Notes: generated by a model not told the origin, from the letters alone. Shown: positions 1 through 8,967, numbered from the stretch's first letter. The stretch: 64,000 nucleotides of DNA from Ferruginibacter sp. (GCA_044225605.1 JBGAIJ010000005.1:82704-146703), one strand, 5' to 3'. Numbers and translations are program-made.

Positions 1-1480
1 TCTTTTCCTGCTGGTCACGGCTAAAGGCAAGGTTCACTTTGTTAAGCACACCAGTTTCGTACCAGTTTTGTATTTCTGTTTGGTATAAGAAATCTGTGGT
101 AAAACGCTGCTCGCCAAAAAACAACCAGTTTCTGCCAGTGGCGCCAGTAGCATCTCTTTCTGCAAGAAAAGAACGGAACGCTGCAATACCAGTACCCGGG
201 CCCACCATAATAATATCTTTATCTTCTGCAGGCAGTTTAAAACGTTTGTTGGGCTGCACAAAAAATTGCTGGGTGCTGTTCAGTTTTATTTTGCTTAAAT
301 AATCTGAGCATAAGCCAAAACGCAGTTTATCATTTGCAGTAAACTGGTCTTTCACCACCACAATATGCACTTCACCATCGTGTGCTGCAGGCGAAGATGC
401 AATGGTGTACAAGCGTGGCGACATTGCATTTAACGTAACCAGTATTTCTTCAAATTGTGCGGCGTTTTTAACAGGATATTGTTTTAATAAGTCCAGTAAA
501 TCGTAACGGCCCGCTGCAATGGTGTGGCCTGTTGCAACTGCATACAACTGCACCAGCCTTTCTGTTAAATGAACAATATTTATTTTACGCTTCAGTAATT
601 CGTAAATAGTAACTTTTTCTTTTTTATACTCCACGCTTTTATTGCCGTCTAAATTTACTTTGGCAATAATATCCGTTACCAGTTGCGAATCATTTTCAGG
701 AACAATGCCAATAGAGTCACCGCATTGGTATTCCACACCTTCGGCTGCAATTTCAATATGCCATGTTTCTTTATTGGAGCCACGGTCATTTAAATTAACA
801 GCATGAACAACTTTACCGGCATATTGCTGCTTGCCTTTTTTAGCCGGTGCAGCAACAGTAACTGCAGGTGCAACTACCGGTGCAGCAGCTGGTGCTTCTA
901 AACTTTTAATAACATTCGAAAACCATTTCTCTGCATCCTCTTCATAATCCAAATCGCATTTTTGTATGGGTGCAATGCGGCTGCCGCCTAACTTCAGTAA
1001 TTGCTCATCCACATCTTCGCCGGTTTTGCAAAACAATGGATACGATGTATCACCCAATGCCAGCACACTGTATTTTAATTTATCTAACTTAAAACCGTTG
1101 TTATGTATATGGTCGTAAAAAGGTTTTGCAGCAGCAGGTGGCTCGCCTTCACCATGTGTGCTGATAACTGCTAACAAATATTCTTCCTTTGTTAAATCGG
1201 TAAGGCGATATTGGTCTAATCCAACAACTTTAGCAGTAATGCGGTTTTGTTTTGCTTTGGCAGCAAATGCTGTAGCCAGGCGTTTTGAGTTGCCGGTTTC
1301 TGTACCATATACAATAGTCATTTTTTTTGCAGCACCTGCAGCAACAGGCGCAGCAACTGTTGTAACGGCTGCCTTATTTTTTACAATACCGTTTAAATAG
1401 CCATTCATCCAAATCAATTCATCATTGTTTGAATTTTTAATCAGCTCATCAAGCACTTTTAATTTTACGTCCGCCAGCAT
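1..1480 (-). CDS. cysJ: Sulfite reductase flavoprotein subunit (flavodoxin + FAD/NADPH domains), 3' end outside the window
   Basis: Translated by hand; absent from the ORF track because there is no stop in the window. ATG at 1480 gives MLADVKLKVLDELIK. Flavodoxin motifs YGTETGNS, STHGEGEPP and LGDTSYPLFC, FAD motif PRLYTIASSP and NADPH motif GPGTGIAAFRSF are present. Lies in the cys operon. Confidence 0.88.
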   Translation of the reverse strand, partial: MLADVKLKVLDELIKNSNNDELIWMNGYLNGIVKNKAAVTTVAAPVAAGAAKKMTIVYGTETGNSKRLATAFAAKAKQNRITAKVVGLDQYRLTDLTKEEYLLAVISTHGEGEPPAAAKPFYDHIHNNGFKLDKLKYSVLALGDTSYPLFCKTGEDVDEQLLKLGGSRIAPIQKCDLDYEEDAEKWFSNVIKSLEAPAAAPVVAPAVTVAAPAKKGKQQYAGKVVHAVNLNDRGSNKETWHIEIAAEGVEYQCGDSIGIVPENDSQLVTDIIAKVNLDGNKSVEYKKEKVTIYELLKRKINIVHLTERLVQLYAVATGHTIAAGRYDLLDLLKQYPVKNAAQFEEILVTLNAMSPRLYTIASSPAAHDGEVHIVVVKDQFTANDKLRFGLCSDYLSKIKLNSTQQFFVQPNKRFKLPAEDKDIIMVGPGTGIAAFRSFLAERDATGATGRNWLFFGEQRFTTDFLYQTEIQNWYETGVLNKVNLAFSRDQQEK

Positions 1481-1493
1481 TTCTGTAATAATT

Positions 1494-1518
1494 AGCCCCT
1501 ATCCCCTAAAGGGGGACA
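1494..1518 (+). repeat. GC-rich palindromic REP-like element (CCCCTATCCCCTAAAGGGGGAC type)
   Basis: agcccctatcccctaaagggggac lies between the cobA stop and the cysJ start. It has the same C-run/G-run architecture as the elements at 2322, 2581 and 28527. Confidence 0.55.
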
Positions 1519-1528
1519 TGGAGACGAT

Positions 1529-2386
1529 TTATAATTGAGATTGTGTTATCGGTTTAAAGTAAAGTTTGTTGTTGGTGATATTATTTTCAAGCCATGCAAA
1601 CTGCTGGTGCAGCGCCACCACTTTTCCAATTATCACCAAGGTGGGAGAAGCAAACTGCTTGCCCTTAATAGTATCATCGTAGTCATACAAACTGCTGGTG
1701 GTAACTGTTTGCAAAGGCGTTGTGGCCTGTTCAATAACTGCCAGTAGTTTTTCTTCGCTGATATTATTTGCCACCAAATTTGATACAACCGCTTCCAGCG
1801 TATCGCTGCTCATATAAAAAACGAGTGTATCGTTTGTTGCAGCCAGTTCTTTCCAATATGCATCACTTACCACATCTGTTTTGTAATAAGTAAGAAAACG
1901 TACTGAAGTAGTGAAACCTCTTGCCGTAAGCGGAATTCCTGCATAGGCCGATGCGCCCGATGCTGCAGTAATACCCGGAATGATTTCATAAGGGATATTA
2001 TTTTGCACCAGTGTTTCCAACTCATCCAGCACATTGCTGAAGAAAGCAATATCGCCGCCTTTTAAACGAACCACCAGTTTGCCCTGCAAGGCATAATGCG
2101 CCAGCAATTGATTAATGGTTTGCTGCGGCACCGATGCTGCTGCATTGTTTTGTTTGCCTACATAAACAATTTCGGCAGCAGGGTTTGCATGCGCTTTTAA
2201 TATTTCTTCGCTTACTAAACGGTCAGTTAATATAACATCAGCCTGTTGCAAATACTTTACAGCTTTAACTGTAATCAGCTCCGGGTCGCCGCAACCGGCG
2301 CCTGCTAATATTACAGTACCGACAGCCCCTCCTAACCTCCCCCGTGGGGAGGAACTATCACGTTTTATGTTTTCAAATTGTTGCAC
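1529..2386 (-). CDS. cobA: Uroporphyrinogen-III C-methyltransferase (siroheme synthesis)
   Basis: Motifs GAGCGDPELIT, VVRLKGGD, IPGITAASGA and GIPLTARG. GTG start at 2386 is uncertain. Confidence 0.9.
   Translation of the reverse strand: MQQFENIKRDSSSPRGRLGGAVGTVILAGAGCGDPELITVKAVKYLQQADVILTDRLVSEEILKAHANPAAEIVYVGKQNNAAASVPQQTINQLLAHYALQGKLVVRLKGGDIAFFSNVLDELETLVQNNIPYEIIPGITAASGASAYAGIPLTARGFTTSVRFLTYYKTDVVSDAYWKELAATNDTLVFYMSSDTLEAVVSNLVANNISEEKLLAVIEQATTPLQTVTTSSLYDYDDTIKGKQFASPTLVIIGKVVALHQQFAWLENNITNNKLYFKPITQSQL
2322..2356 (+). repeat. REP-like palindromic element inserted in frame in the cobA 5' end
   Basis: cagcccctcctaacctcccccgtggggaggaact is read on the minus strand as SSPRGRLGGA. 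Confidence 0.6.
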
Positions 2387-2458
2387 TGTAATATTTTAGT
2401 TTTGCTTAACTGTTAGTAAGCGTCGAATTTAATGTGTCGAACAAAGTTGTTGCCGTAC

Positions 2459-2486
2459 AAGTGAGTGACACAACTATGTTCAATAG
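2459..2486 (+). repeat. AAGTGWGYGACRCAAC-type dispersed repeat copy
   Basis: aagtgagtgacacaactatgttcaatag resembles gaagagtgcgacgcaac (12973) and aagtgtgcgacgc (46459). Confidence 0.5.
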
Positions 2487-2526
2487 AATTAATAATGTTT
2501 GTTACAAAAAATAATTTTCTTCAATT

Positions 2527-2554
2527 TCGATTTCTCCTTTCAGTCGAAATGACA
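2527..2554 (+). repeat. REP-like element gatttctcctttcagtcgaaatgaca
   Basis: Imperfect palindrome (atttc...gaaat) resembling a short repeat type I recall from Bacteroidota intergenic regions. Single copy here, so not provable from the window. Confidence 0.35.
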
Positions 2555-2580
2555 AAATCTTTTTTTACATCAATCTTCTC

Positions 2581-2616
2581 CTTTTCCCTTCCCTCTGGGA
2601 AGGATAGGATGGGCTT
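2581..2616 (-). repeat. GC-rich REP-like element directly after the cysK stop
   Basis: Reverse complement aagcccatcctatccttcccagagggaagggaaaag has the same architecture as the 2322 element, in the opposite orientation. Confidence 0.55.
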
Positions 2617-2617
2617 C

Positions 2618-3529
2618 TTAATACAACCCCTCAATACTCAAATACCTTTCTCCTGTATCATAATTAAACGTCAGCACTTTTGCACCTGCAGGAATTTCTG
2701 CCAGTTTTTTTGCAACCGCTGCTAACGCTGCGCCGGTTGATACACCAACAAAAATGCCTTCTTCTTTTGCAATGCGCTGTGCATAGGAAAATGATTCGTC
2801 TTTACCAACCTGTATAACACCATCTAAAATTTTTGTGTTTAAAATAGATGGCACAAAGCCGGCGCCAAGGCCCTGCAACGGATGTGGTGATGGTGCACCG
2901 CCGCTTAACACCGGCGATAACTCAGGCTCTACCGCCAGCACTTTAAGATTAGGCCATTTTTCTTTTAATACTTCTGCCACGCCGGTGATATGCCCGCCGG
3001 TACCAACACCTGTAATGATATAATCCAACCCTTCCGGAAAATCATTTGCAATTTCCAGTGCAGTTGTTTTACGGTGTATTTCTGTATTGGCAGGATTATC
3101 AAATTGCGAAGGCACCCAACTGTTTGGTGTTTCTTTTGCCAGTTCGTTTGCTTTTTCAATAGCGCCTTTCATACCTTTTTCACGGGGCGTTAATACAAAC
3201 TCTGCACCATACAAACTCATCAGCCTGCGCCTTTCAATACTCATGCTCTCGGGCATTACTAAAATTATTTTGTAACCTTTTACAGCAGCCACCAATGCTA
3301 AACCAATGCCGGTGTTGCCGCTGGTGGGTTCAATAATCACACTGTCTTTTTTTAATAAACCTTTTTGCTCTGCATCTTCAATCATTGATAAAGCAATACG
3401 GTCTTTAATACTGGCACCCGGATTACTTCTTTCCAGTTTAATCCACACGTTGTGATTGTTGCCAAACAAACGGTTAAGTTTTACATGCGGCGTGTTGCCA
3501 ATAGTTTCTAAAATATTATTTGCTTTCAT
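2618..3529 (-). CDS. cysK: Cysteine synthase A
   Basis: PLP lysine motif [28 protein letters not shown] and DTGERYLS. Confidence 0.95.
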   Translation of the reverse strand: MKANNILETIGNTPHVKLNRLFGNNHNVWIKLERSNPGASIKDRIALSMIEDAEQKGLLKKDSVIIEPTSGNTGIGLALVAAVKGYKIILVMPESMSIERRRLMSLYGAEFVLTPREKGMKGAIEKANELAKETPNSWVPSQFDNPANTEIHRKTTALEIANDFPEGLDYIITGVGTGGHITGVAEVLKEKWPNLKVLAVEPELSPVLSGGAPSPHPLQGLGAGFVPSILNTKILDGVIQVGKDESFSYAQRIAKEEGIFVGVSTGAALAAVAKKLAEIPAGAKVLTFNYDTGERYLSIEGLY

Positions 3530-3539
3530 CTTTACTTAT

Positions 3540-4370
3540 TTAAATAAAATAGTTTAATGGTTCTGTAAACGTTTTTTTATCCTGGATGGTTACACCGGTT
3601 TCGTGGTAAACAATTGAAAATGGTTGTACCGGTTTTGTTAGCCAGACATTTCCACCAATTATACTGTCGTGGCCAACAACTGTTTCTCCACCAAGTATAG
3701 TGGCCCCTGAATAAATCACCACATTATCTTCAATAGTGGGATGGCGCTTTTCACTTGCTTTTTCTTTTAGCACACTTAATGCGCCCAAGGTAACACCCTG
3801 GAATATTTTTACTTTGTTGCCAATTACACTTGTTTCGCCAATTACAATGCCGGTGCCGTGGTCAATGGCAAATGATTCGCCGATTTTTGCACCGGGATGA
3901 ATATCGATACCGGTTTTGCTATGTGCATACTCACTGATAATGCGTGGCAGCAATGTAATTTTTTGAAGGTGCAACTGGTTTGCTATGCGGTGTGCTGCCA
4001 CTGCAAAAAAACCAGGATAAGAAACCAATACTTCATCAATGGTTTTTGCGGCAGGGTCTGCATCAAACAATGATTTAGCATCCAGCAATAATTTTTTGTA
4101 CAATGCAGGAATGCTGTTGAAGAATACAGCAGTTTGTTCAGCGCTTACTTTTTCGCTGTGTAAAACAGGCTCCAGCAATAACTGTAACTGGCGCTCCAGT
4201 TTTTTTAACTGGCTTGCTATTTCAAACTCATTATTGTCAGCTTCATTTTTACAAATGAACAGCACTTCAAATAAACGGCGCACAAAGCGGCGTGCCCTTG
4301 CTGCATCCGGCAAAGAACAGCCCTGCTGCTTTTTAAAATTTACTATGTCTTTATAAAATGCCTGTTCCAT
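3540..4370 (-). CDS. cysE: Serine O-acetyltransferase (EpsC-like)
   Basis: TGIDIHPGAKIG, IDHGTGIVIGET hexapeptide repeats and KRHPTIEDNVVIY. Confidence 0.92.
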   Translation of the reverse strand: MEQAFYKDIVNFKKQQGCSLPDAARARRFVRRLFEVLFICKNEADNNEFEIASQLKKLERQLQLLLEPVLHSEKVSAEQTAVFFNSIPALYKKLLLDAKSLFDADPAAKTIDEVLVSYPGFFAVAAHRIANQLHLQKITLLPRIISEYAHSKTGIDIHPGAKIGESFAIDHGTGIVIGETSVIGNKVKIFQGVTLGALSVLKEKASEKRHPTIEDNVVIYSGATILGGETVVGHDSIIGGNVWLTKPVQPFSIVYHETGVTIQDKKTFTEPLNYFI

Positions 4371-4372
4371 AA

Positions 4373-5614
4373 CTATTGAAATAAAACTGCTGCTACAGTT
4401 GCGTTACTTGTTTCGTCAATTAAAATGGCAGCGCCATTGCTGCGGTTGGCAGCATATGCATCTTTTACCACCGGTGATGCAGTTTTTACCGATGCTTTTA
4501 CAATTTCATTCAGCTTCACCTGTTGCACATCTTCAACATGGTCCAATGTATTTACATCAATTTTGTACGACAGGTTTTTAACCACTGTTTTTACACGGCG
4601 GGTGTTGTGCTGCAAAATATATTTGTTACCGGGCTGCAATGGTTTTTCATCCAGCCAGCACAACAATACTTCTGCTTCATTGGTGGCAGCAATACTGTCT
4701 TCTATTTTAATAATACTGTCGCCGCGGCTTATGTCAATATCATGCTCCAGTAAAATAGTTACGCTTTGTGGTGCAAACGCTTCTGCCACTTCTTTACCGG
4801 CAATTTCAATTTTGTCAATGGTGGTTTCAATACCGGCAGGCAATACTTTTACTTTATCGCCTTTTTTATAAACACCGCTGGTAATTTTTCCGGCGTAGCC
4901 ACGGTAATCATGCAGGTCATCTGTTTGCGGACGAATTACAAACTGCACCTGGAAACGGGCATCTTCATAATTCAGCGCATTATCAATTTGTACTTCTTCT
5001 AAAAATTGTAATAAAGGTTTGCCATCATACCAGGGTGTTTGTGCAGATTTCTCCACAATGTTATCTCCCTTTAATGCACTCAGCGGAATGTAAGTGGCAT
5101 TTTTAATACCGAGTTTTTGCGCCAGCTTGTTGTATTCAATAACAATATTGTTGTACACATCTTCGCTGTAATCCACCAAATCAATTTTATTTATGGCCAC
5201 CACCACTTGAGGTATGCCCAGCAGCGATGCAATAATGCTGTGGCGTTTGGTTTGTTCCACCACGCCATGTCTTGCATCAATTAATACAATGGCTAAATCA
5301 ACATTGCTTGCACCTGTAATCATGTTACGGGTATATTGCACATGGCCGGGAGCATCAGCAATAATAAATTTTCTTTTATCGGTAGTAAAATAGCGGTAGG
5401 CAACATCAATGGTAATGCCCTGTTCTCTTTCTGCACGCAAACCATCCGTCAACAAAGCCAAATCAATTTCACCATTGTCTTTATTCTTGGTGCTTTTTTC
5501 AATAGCTTCCAGTTGGTCCGCCAAAATACTTTTACTGTCGTATAATAAACGTCCAATTAATGTGCTTTTACCATCATCCACACTGCCTGCTGTTATAAAT
5601 CTTAAAATATCCAT
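4373..5614 (-). CDS. cysN: Sulfate adenylyltransferase subunit 1 (GTPase), no APS-kinase domain
   Basis: GSVDDGKSTLIGRLL, REQGITIDVAYRYF, DAPGH and NKID. Confidence 0.95.
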   Translation of the reverse strand: MDILRFITAGSVDDGKSTLIGRLLYDSKSILADQLEAIEKSTKNKDNGEIDLALLTDGLRAEREQGITIDVAYRYFTTDKRKFIIADAPGHVQYTRNMITGASNVDLAIVLIDARHGVVEQTKRHSIIASLLGIPQVVVAINKIDLVDYSEDVYNNIVIEYNKLAQKLGIKNATYIPLSALKGDNIVEKSAQTPWYDGKPLLQFLEEVQIDNALNYEDARFQVQFVIRPQTDDLHDYRGYAGKITSGVYKKGDKVKVLPAGIETTIDKIEIAGKEVAEAFAPQSVTILLEHDIDISRGDSIIKIEDSIAATNEAEVLLCWLDEKPLQPGNKYILQHNTRRVKTVVKNLSYKIDVNTLDHVEDVQQVKLNEIVKASVKTASPVVKDAYAANRSNGAAILIDETSNATVAAVLFQ

Positions 5615-5624
5615 GTTTTAAAAA

Positions 5625-5698
5625 TTATGAGTTATAAGTTATGAGTTCAGAGTTGTGACAAGGAGATGAACTTTCAATTTTCAACTCTCCACTTTCAA
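5625..5698. repeat. Two degenerate heptamer tandem arrays between cysD and cysN
   Basis: TTATGAG TTATAAG TTATGAG TTCAGAG TTGTGAC (5625-5659) and CTTTCAA TTTTCAA CTCTCCA CTTTCAA (5671-5698). Confidence 0.7.
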
Positions 5699-5701
5699 CT
5701 A

Positions 5702-6610
5702 CTAAAAATATCCCCCTTTCTTCCTGTCTTCCATTGCAGCTTCGGTTACTTTATCATCAATACGTGTTTCGCCACGTTCGCTGATACGTGTTTGTTTAAT
5801 TTCATTCACTACTTCATCCAGCGTGGCGGCATAACTTTCAACTGCAGCAGTACAAGTCATATCACCCACCGTTCTGTAACGCACCTGCTTTTTTATAATC
5901 ACATCTTCCGCATCAATGCGAATGAAAGGAGAAACAGCAATCAGTTGCCCGTCGTGTTCTATCACTTCCCTTTCATGCGAAAAATAAATTGAAGGCAAAG
6001 GAATTTCTTCTGCACGTATATAACTCCATACATCCAGCTCCGTCCAGTTACTAATGGGGAACACACGAACGTTTTCACCCTTATTAATTTTACCGTTGTA
6101 AATATTCCATAATTCAGGGCGCTGCAGTTTTGGGTCCCACTGGCCAAAATCATCCCTTACAGAAAATATTCTTTCCTTAGCCCTTGCTTTTTCTTCATCA
6201 CGCCTTGCACCGCCAATGCATGCATCAAAACCAAATTCTTCAATAGTATCTAAAAGCGTATGCGTTTGCAGCCAGTTACGGCTGGCAAATTTTCCTTTAG
6301 GTTCCGTTAAGTTTTTCGCTTTAATTGTGTCTTCCACTTTACGCACAATTAAAGTGGCGCCCACTTCATTTGCCAACCAATCTCTGTACGCCAATGCCTC
6401 AGGAAAATTGTGCCCGGTATCAATATGTACCAATGGAAAAGGTATTTTGCCCGGTGCAAATGCTTTCTTCGCTAATTGTACCAGCGTGATCGAATCTTTA
6501 CCACCGCTAAACAGCAATGCCGGTTTTTCAAACTGTGCAGCCACTTCTCTAAAAATGTGAATGCTCTCGGCTTCTAACTGCTCCAAATAATTTAAACTGT
6601 ACTGACTCAT
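5702..6610 (-). CDS. cysD: Sulfate adenylyltransferase subunit 2
   Basis: LFSGGKDS, GGARRDEEKARAKERIFS, RVFPISNWTE and DRKKGGYF. Confidence 0.95.
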   Translation of the reverse strand: MSQYSLNYLEQLEAESIHIFREVAAQFEKPALLFSGGKDSITLVQLAKKAFAPGKIPFPLVHIDTGHNFPEALAYRDWLANEVGATLIVRKVEDTIKAKNLTEPKGKFASRNWLQTHTLLDTIEEFGFDACIGGARRDEEKARAKERIFSVRDDFGQWDPKLQRPELWNIYNGKINKGENVRVFPISNWTELDVWSYIRAEEIPLPSIYFSHEREVIEHDGQLIAVSPFIRIDAEDVIIKKQVRYRTVGDMTCTAAVESYAATLDEVVNEIKQTRISERGETRIDDKVTEAAMEDRKKGGYF

Positions 6611-6639
6611 ATTATTTTGTTGTATAGATATTTTGATTA

Positions 6640-7374
6640 TTAGCTGCTTACTTTAGTTTCTTCATGCACATGCAGGCCACATTCTTTCTTGCTGGCATCT
6701 TCCCACCACCAGCGGCCGGCCCTAAAATCTTCCCCGGGTTTTACTGCTCTTGTACAAGGTGCACAGCCAATGCTTACAAAACCTTTATCGTGTAAAGGGT
6801 TGTAAGGAATATTGTTTTCACGAATGTGCTTAACTACTTCTTCTGTTGTCCAGTGCAGCAGCGGATGGTATTTAATAATATTATTGCTTTCGTCCCATTC
6901 CAGTATAGGTAAATCATGCCTGTCCGGCGAATGTTCTGCTCTTAAACCTGTAACCCAAACAGCATTACCGGCTAAAGCTCTTTTCAACGGCTCCACTTTT
7001 CTAATGTAACAGCATTGCTTCCTGTTTTCAACAGATTCATAAAAAGCATTGGGGCCGTTGGCAACAATAAAATCCTGCAAAGGCTCTGCCTGCGGATAAT
7101 ACGCTTTTACTGATGTATTGTATTTAGCATTGGTGCTGCTCCATACAGCATAGGTTTCTGCAAAAAGCCTTCCGGTATCCAGTGTAAATATTTTTACGGG
7201 CAGGTTGTTATTCAGTATTTCGTGTGTTATCACCTGGTCTTCGTAACTAAAACTGCTGCTGAATGTAACCTGGCCGGGAAACTGTTTTGTAAGCAGCTGA
7301 ACAGCCTCAAAAACATTTAGTCTACTAATTTGGTGGAGTAATTCTGATATAATATTTTGTTTAGCGGCTGACAT
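6640..7374 (-). CDS. cysH: Adenylylsulfate (APS)/PAPS reductase with [4Fe-4S] motif
   Basis: LDTGRLF, CCYIRKV, SIGCAPC, RAGRWWWE and KKECGLH. Confidence 0.93.
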   Translation of the reverse strand: MSAAKQNIISELLHQISRLNVFEAVQLLTKQFPGQVTFSSSFSYEDQVITHEILNNNLPVKIFTLDTGRLFAETYAVWSSTNAKYNTSVKAYYPQAEPLQDFIVANGPNAFYESVENRKQCCYIRKVEPLKRALAGNAVWVTGLRAEHSPDRHDLPILEWDESNNIIKYHPLLHWTTEEVVKHIRENNIPYNPLHDKGFVSIGCAPCTRAVKPGEDFRAGRWWWEDASKKECGLHVHEETKVSS

Positions 7375-7420
7375 TGTTTTTAAAAAGTTTTATGAAAATT
7401 GGTATGGAAACCGGGCTGCA

Positions 7421-7486
7421 TTAACAGCGGAAGATGGTGCACATACAGTGCATACACAGCCCCTTTATGAAGTTGGTTTTACGCAT
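7421..7486 (-). CDS. Putative Cys/Met-rich leader peptide MRKTNFIKGLCMHCMCTIFRC (21 aa)
   Basis: Translated by hand: ATG at 7486, TAA at 7423-7421. Four Cys and three Met. Sits between the promoter and the first cys gene. Confidence 0.65.
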   Translation of the reverse strand: MRKTNFIKGLCMHCMCTIFRC

Positions 7487-7509
7487 ACAAATCAAACGTG
7501 ACTTAATTA

Positions 7510-7538
7510 GTCTATTAAACAGATGGACAAAAATACAG
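7510..7538 (-). promoter_or_regulatory. cys operon promoter (-7 TATTTTTG) with adjacent palindrome GTCTAT-N7-ATGGAC
   Basis: Minus-strand tgtatttttgtcc near 7527-7538 matches the Bacteroidota TAnnTTTG element. The near-perfect inverted hexamer pair 7510-7528 lies just downstream. Confidence 0.5.
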
Positions 7539-7710
7539 TACTTTTTGTGTTTGCCCTAATTTTTTTATGTTAAAAGCAATATTTTCATAACAGTGCGGTA
7601 TAGTTATGCCGCTTTAAACAAGCTTTCAGTCAGTAATAATAATTAAGGCGGCATGATGCGCTGTATAAAATCTTAAACCGATACATCTGGAATTGGCTTA
7701 AAAAAGGGCA

Positions 7711-8967
7711 TCACAGCACCACACCTGCCAGTTCCAGGCTGCGTTTGCTTATTTTCCGGTAATCAATATTCTCAATTACTGCATCGGGGTAGGCAATTAA
7801 TGATACACCATCCTGTTTCCACCATTGTGTGCTGAATAATTTTTTTGCATGTATAACACCTGTAAGCCAGCTAAACTTAAGTTCATTGTGCCATTCTTCA
7901 ATCCACTCAAAAGCACTTTTATCCAGTTTGGTAATATCGTCAGTGCTTACAAATACTTTTAGGTAAAAATCATCGGTTAACTCAGTATCGGTTTGATGAT
8001 GAATTTTTTTATACTCATATTTATAATCGTACCGCAATGCAGAAACATCACTCAATACAGCAGATGCTGTAGGAAATGCACCAGCGCCTTTGCCTTTAAA
8101 GAAGTGTTTATCAGCAAAAGTGCTTTCGGTAGTAATGGCATTAAATTCATTCTTCACATAGTACAAATCATCTGTATTGGCAACAAACTGTGGTAAAAGG
8201 AATACAGCCAGTTTGCCATTCTGCAGTTTTTGAGCATTAGCCACCAGCTTAATGGAATAATTTTTTTCCTTGGCAACTGTAGCATCATTCAGTGTAATAT
8301 TTTCAATACCATTAAAAATAAAACCGTTTGTTTTTGTAACCACGCCAAAAGAATGTGCCAGTATAATGGCTAATTTATTAGCGGCATCAAAACCACCAAT
8401 ATCCAGTTTGGGATTGCTTTCAGCAAAACCCAATTGCTGCGCCAGCAAAAGGGCTTCACTGAATTCGAGTTTTTCATCAAATATTTTAGTTAAAATAAAA
8501 TTAGTGGAACCGTTAATAATACCTCTTATCGATTGCAGCAAATCATTATCATAATATTCTTCCAGGTTACGGATGATGGGCATACTGGCGCAGCAGGAAG
8601 CTTCATACAAAAAAGGTACATTGTACTGTTCCTGCAACTGCAGCAGTTCTTCAAAATGCTCTGCAATCATTTTTTTATTGGCGCTTACCACCGCTTTACC
8701 ATTTTGCAAAGCAGTTTTTACAATAGCAAAAGCGGCATCGGCATCATCAATTACTTCTACAATTACATTAATGTCTTTATCATTTAAAATTACTGCTGCA
8801 TCGGTAGTAAAATTTTCTGCGGCAATGCTGCGCTTTTTATCAGCACTTTTAATGCATATTTTTTTAATAGAAGATTGCAAAGTAGGCGTGCTGTGCAGTA
8901 CATCATATAATCCTTTACCCACCACACCAAAGCCAAACAGGCCGATTGTTAATTGATTTGTTGCCAT
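7711..8967 (-). CDS. hom: Homoserine dehydrogenase
   Basis: GLFGFGVVGKG, VVSANK, YEASCCASMP, GIINGSTNFIL, GFAESNP and GAGAFPTASAV. SAM-I riboswitch upstream. Confidence 0.9.
   Translation of the reverse strand: MATNQLTIGLFGFGVVGKGLYDVLHSTPTLQSSIKKICIKSADKKRSIAAENFTTDAAVILNDKDINVIVEVIDDADAAFAIVKTALQNGKAVVSANKKMIAEHFEELLQLQEQYNVPFLYEASCCASMPIIRNLEEYYDNDLLQSIRGIINGSTNFILTKIFDEKLEFSEALLLAQQLGFAESNPKLDIGGFDAANKLAIILAHSFGVVTKTNGFIFNGIENITLNDATVAKEKNYSIKLVANAQKLQNGKLAVFLLPQFVANTDDLYYVKNEFNAITTESTFADKHFFKGKGAGAFPTASAVLSDVSALRYDYKYEYKKIHHQTDTELTDDFYLKVFVSTDDITKLDKSAFEWIEEWHNELKFSWLTGVIHAKKLFSTQWWKQDGVSLIAYPDAVIENIDYRKISKRSLELAGVVL

Noticed and set aside
7591-7663. Alternative pairings around ATGCCGC/GCGGCAT between the hom stop and the cys promoter
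   Set aside because: They lie upstream of the predicted cys promoter, match no riboswitch I recognise, and may be just a hom 3' structure.
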